Positions 25,458 to 35,943 of a stretch of DNA of 64,000 nucleotides are shown piece after piece. The position numbers and the translations under genes are program-made. The notes under the pieces are model-generated. The model was not told the DNA's origin, ran no database searches, and was given only the letters and a program-made list of their open reading frames with translations. The DNA is from Verrucomicrobiota bacterium (GTDB lineage: Bacteria > Verrucomicrobiota > Verrucomicrobiia > Opitutales > UBA953). How positions within the stretch are numbered: position 1 is the stretch's first letter; every line of letters begins with the position of its first letter. The stretch spans positions 117 to 64,116 of the forward strand of contig JAPLTV010000030.1 of the NCBI GenBank assembly GCA_026397955.1, in the 5' to 3' direction.

Positions 25458-26476
25458 ACCTGGTCGACGGTCAGGCTGGATGCCGGTACGACCGCGGCGT
25501 CGACGGGCAGGCCGACATCCGCCCAGGCCGCGAAGGCGATCATACCAGCGTTGTCGCCGCAGTGCTTCGGCTCGGCCACCATCAAGGGCAGGTGGCGCTG
25601 CTGGGCGACCTGCGTGAGTCTGGTGCGGAGTGTACGGTTGTTGGCCACGCCGCCGGAAAGGCCGACCGACTTGTAAGCGGAAAGGTCGAGCGCCGCGCTG
25701 GTCTTCGACGCGAGTTGTTCGATGATCGCATGCTGATAGCCCGCGCAGAGGTCGGGCATCTCGGCGGCGAGCTGGTCGTCTGACATCTTTTCTAACTGAT
25801 AGCGCAGGGCCGTCTTCAGGCCCGAAAAACTCATGCGGAGGTCGGCCTTCTCCGGGATGCCGCGCGGGAAGGGATATTTCTTCAGGTCGCCTTGTAGCGC
25901 CTGCTTCTCGATGAGCGCGCCGCCGGGGTAGGGCAGGCCGAGCAGCTTCGCGCCTTTATCGAAGGCTTCGCCGGCGGCGTCATCGACCGTGCGGGCGACG
26001 ACCGTGAGGCGCAGCTGTTCGTCGAGTCTCACCAGTAGCGTGTTGCCGCCTGAGACCACGATGGCGAGGTGCGGCAGGAGGGCGGCGCGGGCGGCGGCGA
26101 AGCCGGCCGGATCCTTCGCGTGGACGGCGATGAATGGCGAATGCACATGGGCGCGCAGGTGGTTCACGCCGACGACCGGCAGGCCGCGGGCCAGCGCGAG
26201 CGAACGCGCGAGGGTCACACCCATTGAAAGGCAGGGGAGGAGTCCTGGTCCGCGGGTCACGGCGATTGTCTTCGTCTGCGATAGCTCGGTGCGGAAATCC
26301 GCAAGTAGGAGGGGGAGGGCGGAGAGGTGCATGCGGCTGGCCAGTTCGGGGACCACGCCGCCGTATTTCACGTGTTCCGCCGCCTGCGAGCTGATCAGTT
26401 CGCGCACGAGCCCTCGGGCCGGGTCGAAGAGCGCCAGGGCCGATTCATCGCAGGAACTTTCGATCGCGAGGATCAT
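25454..26476 (-). CDS. tsaD: tRNA N6-adenosine threonylcarbamoyltransferase
   Basis: Track ORF 25454..26512. ATG 26476 gives MILAIESSCDESA, matching the TsaD/Kae1 N-terminus. HLRAH and GGVANN motifs. Confidence 0.93.
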   Translation of the reverse strand: MILAIESSCDESALALFDPARGLVRELISSQAAEHVKYGGVVPELASRMHLSALPLLLADFRTELSQTKTIAVTRGPGLLPCLSMGVTLARSLALARGLPVVGVNHLRAHVHSPFIAVHAKDPAGFAAARAALLPHLAIVVSGGNTLLVRLDEQLRLTVVARTVDDAAGEAFDKGAKLLGLPYPGGALIEKQALQGDLKKYPFPRGIPEKADLRMSFSGLKTALRYQLEKMSDDQLAAEMPDLCAGYQHAIIEQLASKTSAALDLSAYKSVGLSGGVANNRTLRTRLTQVAQQRHLPLMVAEPKHCGDNAGMIAFAAWADVGLPVDAAVVPASSLTVDQV

Positions 26477-26559
26477 CTGCCAGCAGTCAGGCCAATTCGG
26501 AGGTCGGCTCAATCCCGATTCGTCTGGCGGAGCCGAAAAGACCGCATAACGCTTCTCCC

Positions 26560-27537
26560 GTGGAGCCCGCGGCCCGACATGACGCCATCGTCGCCTTGCT
26601 TCGTCGCGAGGCCCGCGGCGGCGTGGTCTCGTTCGCCCGTCTGGTGGCGGCGGCGCTTTATGCTCCGGGTCTCGGTTATTATTCGTCGGATCGCGTGCGC
26701 GTCGGCAAGGCCGCCGGGACCGACTTCACCACCGCCGCGGTCCTTGGTCCGATGTTCGGGCAGCTGATCGCGGGCGCGGCACAGTCCTTGGTCGGCGATC
26801 TGAAGTCGCACGCCCTGGTCGAAGTCGGCGCCGAGCCTGGCCAGACGCATTATACAGCCGTCGCGTCGCAGTTCGCCGAACTGCGCACTTTCCGCTTCGG
26901 CTCCACGCCGGACTTCCCCGCCCGCAGTGTGCTCGTCGCGAACGAGCTGCTCGATGCCCAGCCCTTCCATCGTTTCGTCCGCCAGGACGGCGTTTGGCGT
27001 GAGCTGGGCGTACGCGTCGATGGTGCGGAACTCACCGTTGAGCCGTTGGGCGATTTCTCCACGTCTCTTGCCGCGGAGTTCGCACGCACGCTACCGTCCG
27101 CCGCCGAAGGTTGGATCATCGACGCGCCGTTGGCGGCGGAGGAACTCCTTGCCCGGTTATTGTCGGGAGGTTGGGCTGGCGCCGTCATTCTACTCGATTA
27201 CGGCAAGACCGTCGCGCAGTGCCTCGAGTCTTCGCCGGCAGGCACCGCGCGCGCGTATCGCAGCCACCAGCTTTCCGGGGCGATCCTCGAGGAACTCGGC
27301 TCGCAGGACCTCACCTGCCACGTGCTTTGGGATCGGATCGAGCCGATCTTGGTCGGCGCCGGGTTTAATGGCGTCCGCTTGGACCGCCAGGAGGCCTTTT
27401 TCGTCAAATATGCCGGCGGCGAGATGGAGCGGATTGCGCTCTCGGGAGACCATGAAGCCACAGGCCGCCTACGAGCCTTGACGCACCCCGCCCATTTCGG
27501 GGCGAAGTTTCAGGTCCTGCACGGCGTCAGGGGTTAA
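26560..27537 (+). CDS. Class I SAM-dependent methyltransferase, MidA/NDUFAF7 (DUF185) family
   Basis: Track ORF of 325 aa with a GTG start. FARLVAAALYAPGLGYYSS and GTDFTTAAVLGPMFGQ match the MidA signature. Confidence 0.8.
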   Translation: MEPAARHDAIVALLRREARGGVVSFARLVAAALYAPGLGYYSSDRVRVGKAAGTDFTTAAVLGPMFGQLIAGAAQSLVGDLKSHALVEVGAEPGQTHYTAVASQFAELRTFRFGSTPDFPARSVLVANELLDAQPFHRFVRQDGVWRELGVRVDGAELTVEPLGDFSTSLAAEFARTLPSAAEGWIIDAPLAAEELLARLLSGGWAGAVILLDYGKTVAQCLESSPAGTARAYRSHQLSGAILEELGSQDLTCHVLWDRIEPILVGAGFNGVRLDRQEAFFVKYAGGEMERIALSGDHEATGRLRALTHPAHFGAKFQVLHGVRG

Positions 27538-27610
27538 AAGCAGGTTTTTGGAAGGGACGCTCGACCTGAGGGGAACAACCCCTTTTCTGGGCTGTACCCC
27601 TATTTTCGCC

Positions 27611-30600
27611 ATGAAGTCCTCCCTGTTTGCTTCGTTCATCCTTTGCCTTGGTACGGCTGCTCTGCAGGCGGACACCAAGGTCATCCAAGCCTTCGAAGGC
27701 GATGGCTTCGATAGCTGGCAGACGACCGGCACGGGCTTCGGTCTCGCGCCGATCGCCGGCAAGGTCGACGGCGTCAACGGAGAGTTCCGTAACTACGGCG
27801 GCAACGCCCTCGTCTGCTCTGGTCACCGCGGCGATGCCGCCACCGGCACGCTGACTTCGCCTGACCTCAAGTTGACGCACCCGTACATCGGCTTTCTCGT
27901 CGCTGGCGGCAATCACCCCGGCAAGACCGCCGTCCAGCTCGTCATCGGCGGCAAGGTCGTCCGTGAGTCCACCGGTGCCAATGACCTGACCCTCCGCGAG
28001 ACCGTCTGGGAGGTCGCCGAATTCAAGGGCAAGACTGCCGTGATCCGCATCGTCGATAACGACGTCGGCCCCTGGGGTCTCATCGCCGCCGACCACTTCG
28101 TGTTCTCGACCGACGCCAAGCCGAACTTCGCCAAAGGCGGCCGTCCTAAGCCGAAGGCTGACGCCAGCCTCGTGCGTGTCGCCGGCGAAGGCAGCGCGGC
28201 CCTCGTCCCGGGCGCGAGCTTCAAGGTCACCGCCGACCATAAGGTCACCGGTGTCACTTCGCCCACCGCTATCTCGTTCGGCAACGACGGCAGCGTCTAC
28301 GTGGCCGAGACCCACCGTTTCCGCTTCGGCGTCGAGGACGACCGCAACAACCTCTTCTGGTACCACGACGACCTCGCGTCCAAGACGACCGCCGACCGCC
28401 TGGCGATGCACGAGAAGTGGAAGGCCAAGAAGTCGATCGAGTCGCTGACGGCCAAGTCCGAGATCATCCGCTACGTCGGCGGCGAGCAGGCCGACGGCAC
28501 GTTCACGACCCAGAAGGTCTTCGGCGACAAGTTCAACGACGTCCTCGACGGCACCGGCGCCGGCGTGATGGCGTGGGACGACAACGTCTACTTCGCCTGC
28601 ATCCCGAAGCTCTGGATGCTGCAGGACGCCAAGAACGACGGCGTCGCCGCGCAGCGCAAGGTCATCGAAGAAGGCTTCGGCGTCCGCGTCTCGCTTTCCG
28701 GCCACGACATGAACGGCTTCGCCATCGGTCCGGACGGCCGCGTCTGGGGCACCATCGGCGACCGTGGCTTCAATCTCACCACCAAGGAAGGCAAGAAATA
28801 CGATTCCCATAACCGCGGCGCGGTCTTCCGCTTCGAGCCCGACGGCACGAACTTCGAAGTGGTCCATTTCGGCCTGCGTAACCCGAAGGAGATCGCCTTC
28901 GACGAGTTCGGCAACGGCTTCTCCGTCGACAACAATTCCGACCAAGGCGACGCCGCCCGCATCGTTTATGTCGTGGAAGGCGCCGACTCGGGCTGGGAGA
29001 TGGAACACCAGGCGATGCACACCTTCCACCGCGAGATTGGCCTCGAGCAGCGCCCGCTGTCCCGCTGGATGACCGAGAAGGTCTGGGAACTCCAGAACCC
29101 CGTCCAGCCCGCCTTCATCATCCCCCCGGCCGCCTACATCTCTTCCGGTCCGTCTGGCCTGACCTATCACCCTGGCGCCGGCTTCCTCGAATCCGAAGCC
29201 CAGCACTTCCATATTTGCGACTACCGCGGCTCTGCCGGAGCCTCCGGCATCTGGTCCTTCAAGATGGAGCCTGCGGGCGCCGGCATGAAGATGACCGAGT
29301 CGCACCAGCTCCTGTGGGGTGTCGCCGCGACTGACATCGAATACGACTGGAAAGGTCGCCTCGTGGTCTCCGACTTCATCACGGGCTGGGAGTCCCATGA
29401 TGCCGGCCGTCTCGTGACCCTCGAAGCCAATAAGATGATGAAGCCTGAAGTCGCTTCGACCGTCGCCGATCTCATCAAGGGCGGCTTCACGAAGCAGTCC
29501 TCCGCTGAACTCGCCAAACTGCTCTCCCATGGCGACCAGCGCGTCCGCCTCCGTGCCCAGATCGAACTGACCCGCCGTCCCGACGCCGCTGACCGTTTCG
29601 AAGCCGCCACGAAGTCCTCGAGCCGACTCGAGCGCCTACACGGCGTCTGGGGCCTCGGTATCCTCGCCCGCCGCGGTGCCGCCATCGCCCCTGGCGAAGC
29701 CTTCAGCGGCAAGCATACGCCTCTCGCTTCGCTCGCCGACCGCACCGCCGCCGCGCAGCGCCTCGTTCCGTTACTGGCCGACGCCGATGCCGAAGTCCGC
29801 GCCCAGACTGTCCGCGCCCTCGAAGAAGCCCCGCTCAAGGGCAATGACCTGCCGCTCGGTAAGCTGATCCTCGACCCGTCGTTGCGCGTGCGTTCCTTCG
29901 CCGCCATCGCGGCCGCCCGTCTAGGCGCCGACAAGTACCTCCCCGAGGTCCTCGCGATGCTCAAGGAAAACGCCGACGCCGACCCCGTGCTCCGTCACGC
30001 CGGTTCTTTCGCCATCGACCATCTCTGCAAGACCGCCGAAGCCTTCGACGCTGTCGCCAAGGATGACAATGCTTCCGTGCGCCTCGCGGCCGTGATCGCC
30101 CTGCGCCGTCGCAACGACGCTTCCGCTTCGCGCTTCGTGAAGGACAAGTCGACAATCGTCGCCGACGAAGCCATCCGCGCCGTCCATGACCTCGGTTTCG
30201 AGACTGGTCGTCCCGCCGTCGCCGCGCTCATCGACGACCTCGGATCGCGCGAGTGGTCCGTCTTCATGCTCCGTCGCCTGACGCACAGCGCCTTCCGTCT
30301 CGGCGGCGAAGCGAACGCCGCACGCGTGGTGGCCATCGCCGCCAATGAGAGGCTGCCGGCTGAAGCCCGCGCCGAAGCGCTGCGCCTCCTCGCCCAGTGG
30401 GCGAATCCTTATCCCGTGGATCAGTCGACCGGCCATTGGTCGCCGATCGCTCCGCGCGATGCCAAGGAGCTTCGCATCAGCCTGAGCGCCGCGCTGCCGA
30501 CGCTCCTCAAGGGTGAGTCCGATATCCTCCGCGCTTCGCTCGAACTCGTCGAACAGTATAAGCTCGAGGTCGCTTCGCTTTCTAACGAACTGCTCTCCGG

Positions 30601-31945
30601 CTTGGTCGCCAACGCCAAGCTCAGCGGCTCGGCCCGTGCCAAGGCGCTCGAGCTCTGGCTCGAGCGCAAGCCCGCCGACCTCACCGACGTCGCCGGCAAG
30701 TATGCCAAGGACAAGCAGGACGAAGTCGCCATGGTCGCCATCGGCGCGCTCGCCCATCTGAATCCCGCCCAGGGCCTCATCGAACTCTCCAAGTCGGCTG
30801 CGAACGGCTCTGCCGCTCGTCGTCAGGGCGCTTGGAAAGCCCTCGCCAAGCTGCCGGCCGCCGGCGTCGACGCGCTCTTCGTCGAGAACCTCAAGGCGCT
30901 CGAGAAGGCCAAGGGCGTCTCGCCTGCTGCGATCGAGCTCCTCGAGGCCGCCGCGCTGCGCTCCGAGCCTTCGGTGAAGGAGGCCTTGGCTTCCGCCCAG
31001 AAGTCGCTGGCGGCTGGTGCCGACAAACTCGCCAAGTGGATGCCCGCCCTCGAAGGCGGCGACGCCAAGAACGGCTTCGCGCTCTTTCAGGCCTTGCCCG
31101 CCGGGCAGTGCCTCCGTTGTCACCGAGCCTCGGATGATTCCCATGCCGCCGGTGGCGAAGCTGGTCCGAATCTTGCTGGTATCGCCAAGCGCGGTGACCG
31201 CCGTTATCTTCTCGAGTCCGTCGTGAACTCCGGCGCCGTCATCGTCGCCGGATACGGCACCGTGAATATCGACCTCGCTAATGGTGGCGCGCTGGTCGGC
31301 ACCCTCATCAAGGACGCCAAGGATAACGTCGACGTCGATGTCGCCGGCAACCGCTGGCGCGTCGCCCGCCAGGACATCAAGTCCATGTCCACGCCCGTCT
31401 CCGGGATGCCCGCGCTCGACGCCGTCCTGACCCTCAACGAAGTGCGCGACCTCGTCGCGTGGCTCGCGACCCTCGAGAAGGCGCCCAAGAAGGCCAAGGT
31501 CGCCGATCCTAAGCCGCTGGATATCGCAACCATCAAGCCCGTCGCCGCCGCGAACGTCGCGAACGTTGACCCCGCTGTCATGGCGGCTGGCAAGCAGGGC
31601 TTCATGCTGTGCATGGCCTGCCACGGCCCGAACGCCGAAGGCACCGTCATCGCGCCGCCGCTGGCCAAGTCTAATTGGGTGAACGGTCCGGCCGAGAACC
31701 TGATTCGCATCCAGCTGCGCGGTCTCAACGGCCCGCTCACCGTATCCGGCAAGGCTTACACGCTCCCCGTGCCCATGCCGCCTCAGGCGCAGCAGACCGA
31801 CGAGCAGATCGCCGCCGTCCTGACCTACGTCCGCAACAGCTTCGGCAACTCCGCTCCGGCCGTCACGCCGGCGCAGGTCAAGGCGCAGCGCGGTGAAGTC
31901 GGCAAGCCCATGCTGACCGAAGCCGATCTCGTCCCGGCGAAGTAA
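27611..31945 (+). CDS. PVC-type multidomain protein: N-terminal beta-sandwich + membrane-bound-dehydrogenase beta-propeller + HEAT repeats + two C-terminal cytochrome c domains
   Basis: Track ORF 27548..31945. ATG 27611 gives signal peptide MKSSLFASFILCLGTAALQA. Two CxxCH motifs (CLRCH, CMACH). Overall architecture parallels 8316..12068. Confidence 0.85.
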   Translation: MKSSLFASFILCLGTAALQADTKVIQAFEGDGFDSWQTTGTGFGLAPIAGKVDGVNGEFRNYGGNALVCSGHRGDAATGTLTSPDLKLTHPYIGFLVAGGNHPGKTAVQLVIGGKVVRESTGANDLTLRETVWEVAEFKGKTAVIRIVDNDVGPWGLIAADHFVFSTDAKPNFAKGGRPKPKADASLVRVAGEGSAALVPGASFKVTADHKVTGVTSPTAISFGNDGSVYVAETHRFRFGVEDDRNNLFWYHDDLASKTTADRLAMHEKWKAKKSIESLTAKSEIIRYVGGEQADGTFTTQKVFGDKFNDVLDGTGAGVMAWDDNVYFACIPKLWMLQDAKNDGVAAQRKVIEEGFGVRVSLSGHDMNGFAIGPDGRVWGTIGDRGFNLTTKEGKKYDSHNRGAVFRFEPDGTNFEVVHFGLRNPKEIAFDEFGNGFSVDNNSDQGDAARIVYVVEGADSGWEMEHQAMHTFHREIGLEQRPLSRWMTEKVWELQNPVQPAFIIPPAAYISSGPSGLTYHPGAGFLESEAQHFHICDYRGSAGASGIWSFKMEPAGAGMKMTESHQLLWGVAATDIEYDWKGRLVVSDFITGWESHDAGRLVTLEANKMMKPEVASTVADLIKGGFTKQSSAELAKLLSHGDQRVRLRAQIELTRRPDAADRFEAATKSSSRLERLHGVWGLGILARRGAAIAPGEAFSGKHTPLASLADRTAAAQRLVPLLADADAEVRAQTVRALEEAPLKGNDLPLGKLILDPSLRVRSFAAIAAARLGADKYLPEVLAMLKENADADPVLRHAGSFAIDHLCKTAEAFDAVAKDDNASVRLAAVIALRRRNDASASRFVKDKSTIVADEAIRAVHDLGFETGRPAVAALIDDLGSREWSVFMLRRLTHSAFRLGGEANAARVVAIAANERLPAEARAEALRLLAQWANPYPVDQSTGHWSPIAPRDAKELRISLSAALPTLLKGESDILRASLELVEQYKLEVASLSNELLSGLVANAKLSGSARAKALELWLERKPADLTDVAGKYAKDKQDEVAMVAIGALAHLNPAQGLIELSKSAANGSAARRQGAWKALAKLPAAGVDALFVENLKALEKAKGVSPAAIELLEAAALRSEPSVKEALASAQKSLAAGADKLAKWMPALEGGDAKNGFALFQALPAGQCLRCHRASDDSHAAGGEAGPNLAGIAKRGDRRYLLESVVNSGAVIVAGYGTVNIDLANGGALVGTLIKDAKDNVDVDVAGNRWRVARQDIKSMSTPVSGMPALDAVLTLNEVRDLVAWLATLEKAPKKAKVADPKPLDIATIKPVAAANVANVDPAVMAAGKQGFMLCMACHGPNAEGTVIAPPLAKSNWVNGPAENLIRIQLRGLNGPLTVSGKAYTLPVPMPPQAQQTDEQIAAVLTYVRNSFGNSAPAVTPAQVKAQRGEVGKPMLTEADLVPAK

Positions 31946-32017
31946 TCAGCCCGGAGAAAGACAAGGCCCGGTCCTCTCGCGAGGCCCGGGCCATTTTGTT
32001 GCAGGGACTGTCACCGA

Positions 32018-34324
32018 TTACTTCACCGGTGCGCGATGGATCAGTTGGCCGCTGGGCTCGCGGAATTCTACCGTTTCGATGCCTGCACGACGCACGATGA
32101 TGGCGGCCTGCGGGATGCGGCCTGGGGTCTTCGGTTTGTCGTAGTGCGTTTTCACCGTCGCGATCAGGAGCGGGCCGACGTGTTCCACTGTCACGAAGTT
32201 CACCCACATCTCGTTGAACTTCTCGGTGAGCGCATAGGAGAGCACGAGTTCCTTCGTGAAGTCAGGTGCGATGGCATTCTGCCCGTTGAGCGGAGCGGGT
32301 TGGAAGTCCTGCGCAAAAGTCCTGGCGTCGCTGATGACGAGTGACTGGGTGCGGTTGCTGGCGAACTTAACCGACTTGGGTTGAGCCCGATTCGCAGCGA
32401 GGGAAAAGCCCTCAAGCGTCCGGAAATCTATCGTCGTCCGCACGACCTTCGGCACCGCCTTCAGAGAGACGAGCCCAGCTCGTCCGTCGGGCAGCACGCC
32501 GATCTCGGCCGCGAGTTCGCCTTTGCGGGCCAGGTCTTCCCATTTCTTGCCGTCACCTTCCCTCACATAGTAGGCCTCGATGCCGAAGCGGAGCTCCGTG
32601 TAGCGGGTAAGGCCCTGGAGGTAGAGTCCTTGGCTCGGTCGGGTGAGCGTCGGATCGCCGGCCGTGACCGTACCCTCAGGCGTGCGCGTGAGAGGAACGA
32701 AGACGGTGCTATCCGCCGGAAGGTTCCATAACTGTGCTTCGCCTGAGCCAGAGTCCTTGGGGCCGGGATGGAGCGACTTGAATTCCGCCAACAACGCCCG
32801 ATGTTGCGCCTCGGTGGCGTTGCTGAAGTCGTAACGCAGGATGACATATTCGCCTTTCAGCACGTCGCGCGGGTCGACTGGGCGGCAGCGGAGCACAATC
32901 CGTTCGCCGGAGTCGCCAGGCTGCTGATGGTGCCAGACCATCCAGCCGATGGTCGCGATCTGGAGCACGACCGCAGTCCACAGCAGGGAGCGTCGGTGGG
33001 GTGTGACGAATGCGATGGCAGATTCGAGCCAGGCTGGGCGATAGTCCGGGCTCACTTCAGGCTGATACGCTTCGCGCTGCGTCTTCCAGACGCGGGCCAG
33101 CACGAAGAGGATGACGCCGAGGAGGGCGAAGAACCCCGCCATCGTGAGCATTCCGAGGTCCTTGCTGATGTCGACATAGCGGACGATCAGCCAGATCAGG
33201 AAGACCAGCGAACCGTAGACATAGGGGCGCAGGCGGCCTTCGGTGAGTCCGAGGCGGATGAGCCAGACCGAAAGGATGAGCGTGGCGACATTGCCTGTGG
33301 CGATCATCAGCACCTGAAAGACATCATGACCTTTGCCGGCCAGTTCATAGCCGAGGCCGATCAGTAAGATCGCCAGCGCGATGCCCGCGGGCCAGATGCG
33401 GAGGAATTGGCGGGAGCGGATGGCCAAGCCGAGCGCCCCGGCCGCGCCACCGAGGATGAGCCAGCAGGCGAGGCTGTCGGTGCGGAAGAGGTGGCTCGTC
33501 ATCGGGTCGCGGATCTGGCCGATCGCGATCGTGGCGATCGTGGCGCCCACGCCGCCGATGAAGCGCCAGCCACGGGCGCGGGCATCGCCGACCGCGTGCA
33601 AGGAGGCGATGATGAGCGGGAGCATCATGTATTGCGCGCTCAGGTCTTCGCGCGAGATCCAGGCGAACACCAGGGACCAGGCGACGGCCCCGGCAAGGAG
33701 CGGTCGGAAGCGGCGGTAGGCCGCGACGGCGGCCGGTGCGATCAGCAGGAAGAACAGCGGGCGCGGGTCGGAGGTGAGGCCATGCCAGGAACTCCCGAAG
33801 GAATGGGTGGTCTCCGCTCCGAGCCAGCAGCACGCGAGGAGCAGGCTGCCCACGTAGAGCAGGCTTGAATCGAGCAGGATGGCGAAGGGTAGGGAGCCGA
33901 CGCACCAGGCCAGGAAGGCGTCAGGCTGATGCGCATCCAGGTGGTAGATCTGGCCCGTCAGGGCGATCGCGGCGCCGAACATGATGCAGCCGGCCAGCGC
34001 GCCGAGCACCGAGCCTTGGCGGGAATCGCGGTGGAGGTACCAGAGGCCGACGCCTTGCAGGCCGCAGAGGCCGGCGATGACCGTGAGCAGCCGACCGGTA
34101 CGGGACAGGTCATCCCAGTTGTGGCCGATGACGAGGAGGAGCGCCGCGCCGAGGAGCAGCACGCCGAAGGTACGCAGCACGAAGGCCATGCGGCCTATGC
34201 CGCCTTCTTCCTCCGGATAGCGGGAGAGGATCTGGTCCCGTTGTCCGGGTTGCAGGACGCCTTGTTCTTGCCAGAGCTGGGATTCTTTCGCCAGCCATTC
34301 GCGGAAGCCTTGTGGGAGGGGCAT
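32018..34324 (-). CDS. Large polytopic membrane protein, DUF2157/DUF4401-like N-terminal region fused to a GDYXXLXY-like domain plus an extra C-terminal domain
   Basis: Track ORF of 768 aa with more than 10 predicted TM helices. LKGEYVILRYDF matches the GDYxxLxY motif region. The last ~200 aa are soluble and unassigned. Confidence 0.75.
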   Translation of the reverse strand: MPLPQGFREWLAKESQLWQEQGVLQPGQRDQILSRYPEEEGGIGRMAFVLRTFGVLLLGAALLLVIGHNWDDLSRTGRLLTVIAGLCGLQGVGLWYLHRDSRQGSVLGALAGCIMFGAAIALTGQIYHLDAHQPDAFLAWCVGSLPFAILLDSSLLYVGSLLLACCWLGAETTHSFGSSWHGLTSDPRPLFFLLIAPAAVAAYRRFRPLLAGAVAWSLVFAWISREDLSAQYMMLPLIIASLHAVGDARARGWRFIGGVGATIATIAIGQIRDPMTSHLFRTDSLACWLILGGAAGALGLAIRSRQFLRIWPAGIALAILLIGLGYELAGKGHDVFQVLMIATGNVATLILSVWLIRLGLTEGRLRPYVYGSLVFLIWLIVRYVDISKDLGMLTMAGFFALLGVILFVLARVWKTQREAYQPEVSPDYRPAWLESAIAFVTPHRRSLLWTAVVLQIATIGWMVWHHQQPGDSGERIVLRCRPVDPRDVLKGEYVILRYDFSNATEAQHRALLAEFKSLHPGPKDSGSGEAQLWNLPADSTVFVPLTRTPEGTVTAGDPTLTRPSQGLYLQGLTRYTELRFGIEAYYVREGDGKKWEDLARKGELAAEIGVLPDGRAGLVSLKAVPKVVRTTIDFRTLEGFSLAANRAQPKSVKFASNRTQSLVISDARTFAQDFQPAPLNGQNAIAPDFTKELVLSYALTEKFNEMWVNFVTVEHVGPLLIATVKTHYDKPKTPGRIPQAAIIVRRAGIETVEFREPSGQLIHRAPVK

Positions 34325-34441
34325 GGAGGCAAGATGGGGAATCTCGGGACGCGGGGCGAGGGAGAAGGAAAGCGGGGGGTATCGAAAAGACTAATAACGT
34401 TGGCGACGAGTGGGGTGATGGCGGATGGCGGGTGGGCAGAG

Positions 34442-34561
34442 GGTAGGGCGGCCATTGCCATGGCCGCCGTTCGCCACGGTGCGTGCGATGCGCCGGGCAA
34501 AGTCTTTTGACCCGATGAACCTCCGTCCGCCCACGGATGTGATAGTAATCACATCCCTACC
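34442..34561 (-). repeat. Composite 120-nt GTAGGG-bounded element, inverted copy
   Basis: The hairpin-1 stem here is GGATGTGAT-TACT-ATCACATCC, and hairpin 2 is GGCGGCCAT-TGCC-ATGGCCGCC. The core has diverged. Confidence 0.85.
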
Positions 34562-34660
34562 TAGAGGCCGCGCCCTCCGATAAGGAGTGCACGATTAATC
34601 GTGCCCCTACCTGCGTTCGCCCTGCGGCGAACGAGGACAGCACGTGGTGCTGTCCCTACC
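34562..34660 (+). repeat. Y module + additional REP-like unit GGACAGCAC-GTG-GTGCTGTCC-CTACC
   Basis: GCACGATT-AATCGTGC-CCCTACC, then GTTCGCC-CTGC-GGCGAAC, then the last hairpin. A degenerate copy of the last hairpin lies at 22782-22802. Confidence 0.75.
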
Positions 34661-34674
34661 TCGCATTGTCACCT

Positions 34675-34705
34675 AACAAAAAGCCCCGGCGGTTGCCGGG
34701 GCTTT
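34675..34705 (-). terminator. Rho-independent terminator of fbaB
   Basis: On the minus strand, GCCCCGGC-AACC-GCCGGGGC is followed by TTTTTGT. Confidence 0.8.
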
Positions 34706-34726
34706 GGTCGGGAGGTGACGGTCGCC

Positions 34727-35800
34727 TTAGGCGATCGTGACTTCCTTCGTGAGGTAGACGTCCTGAATCGTGTGCAGGAGCTTCGCGCCTTCTTCGATCG
34801 GACGCTGGAAGGCCTTACGACCCGAGATGAGACCCTGGCCACCGGCGCGTTTGTTGATGACGGCGGTCTTGACGGCTTCGGCGAAGTCGTTGTTGCCCGA
34901 GGGGCCGCCGGAGTTGATGAGGCCGATGCGGCCCATGTAGCAATTGGCGACCTGGTAACGGGTGAGGTCGATCGGGTGATCGGACGAGAGGTCGGTGTAC
35001 ATGCGCTTGTCGATCTTGCCGTAGGAGGATTCCGTGGCCTGGATCGCGAGGTAGCCGCCGTTGTTCTCAGGGAGCTTCTGCTTGATGATGTCGGCGCAGA
35101 TGGTGACGCCGAGGTGGTTGGCCTGGCCGGTGAGGTCGGCGGACACGTGGAAGTCCTTCTCCTTCGTCTTGAAGGCGTTGTTGCGGGTGTAGCACCAGAG
35201 GACGGTGGCCATGCCGAGTTCGTGAGCCTGCTGGAAGGCGTGGGAGACTTCGATGATCTGGCGGTTGGTCTCGGCGGAGCCGAAGTAGATCGTCGCACCG
35301 ACGGCGGCGCAGCCCATGTCGGCGGCCTGCTTCAGGGTGCCATACATCACCTGGTCACCGACGTTGGGGTAGGTGAGCAGCTGGTTGTGGTTGATCTTCA
35401 CCATGAACGGAATCTTGTGCGCGTAGCGACGGGAGACGCTGGAGAGCACACCGAAGGTGGAGCAGACCGCGTTGCAACCGCCTTCGATGGCGAGCTTCAC
35501 GATGTTCTCACCGTCGAAGTAAATCGGGTTCTTGGCGAAGGAGGCGCCGGCGGAGTGTTCGATGCCCTGGTCGACCGGGAGGATCGAGACGTAGCCCGTG
35601 TTGGCGAGGCGGCCGGAGCCGTAGAGGCGCTGCAGGTTGGCCAGGACGCGGTTATTGCGATCCGAGGCGGAGAAGGCGTGATCGACCCAATCCGCGCGAG
35701 GGGAATGGATCTGCTCCTTCTTGATCTTCGGGTTGTTGAACCCGAGGAGGTTTTCGGCTTCGGTGCCGAGGTGCTTTTGGATTTCGCTGTAGTGGCTCAT
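34727..35800 (-). CDS. fbaB: Class I fructose-bisphosphate aldolase (DhnA/FbaB type)
   Basis: Track ORF 34727..35956. ATG 35800 gives MSHYSEIQ.... Long colinear similarity to E. coli FbaB as I recall it ([46 protein letters not shown]). Confidence 0.93.
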   Translation of the reverse strand: MSHYSEIQKHLGTEAENLLGFNNPKIKKEQIHSPRADWVDHAFSASDRNNRVLANLQRLYGSGRLANTGYVSILPVDQGIEHSAGASFAKNPIYFDGENIVKLAIEGGCNAVCSTFGVLSSVSRRYAHKIPFMVKINHNQLLTYPNVGDQVMYGTLKQAADMGCAAVGATIYFGSAETNRQIIEVSHAFQQAHELGMATVLWCYTRNNAFKTKEKDFHVSADLTGQANHLGVTICADIIKQKLPENNGGYLAIQATESSYGKIDKRMYTDLSSDHPIDLTRYQVANCYMGRIGLINSGGPSGNNDFAEAVKTAVINKRAGGQGLISGRKAFQRPIEEGAKLLHTIQDVYLTKEVTIA

Positions 35801-35943
35801 GGTGCTGGGAAGGTGGGTGTCTTTCAGGTGAACAGACCACCCCAAAAGGGCGAGACCCGGTGCGGGCTTCAAGCCATAATTCAAAAACCGCCGTAAAAGC
35901 CCCAAGGGACGGCGTGGGTTGTCCGAAAAACGGCGAGAGAAGA

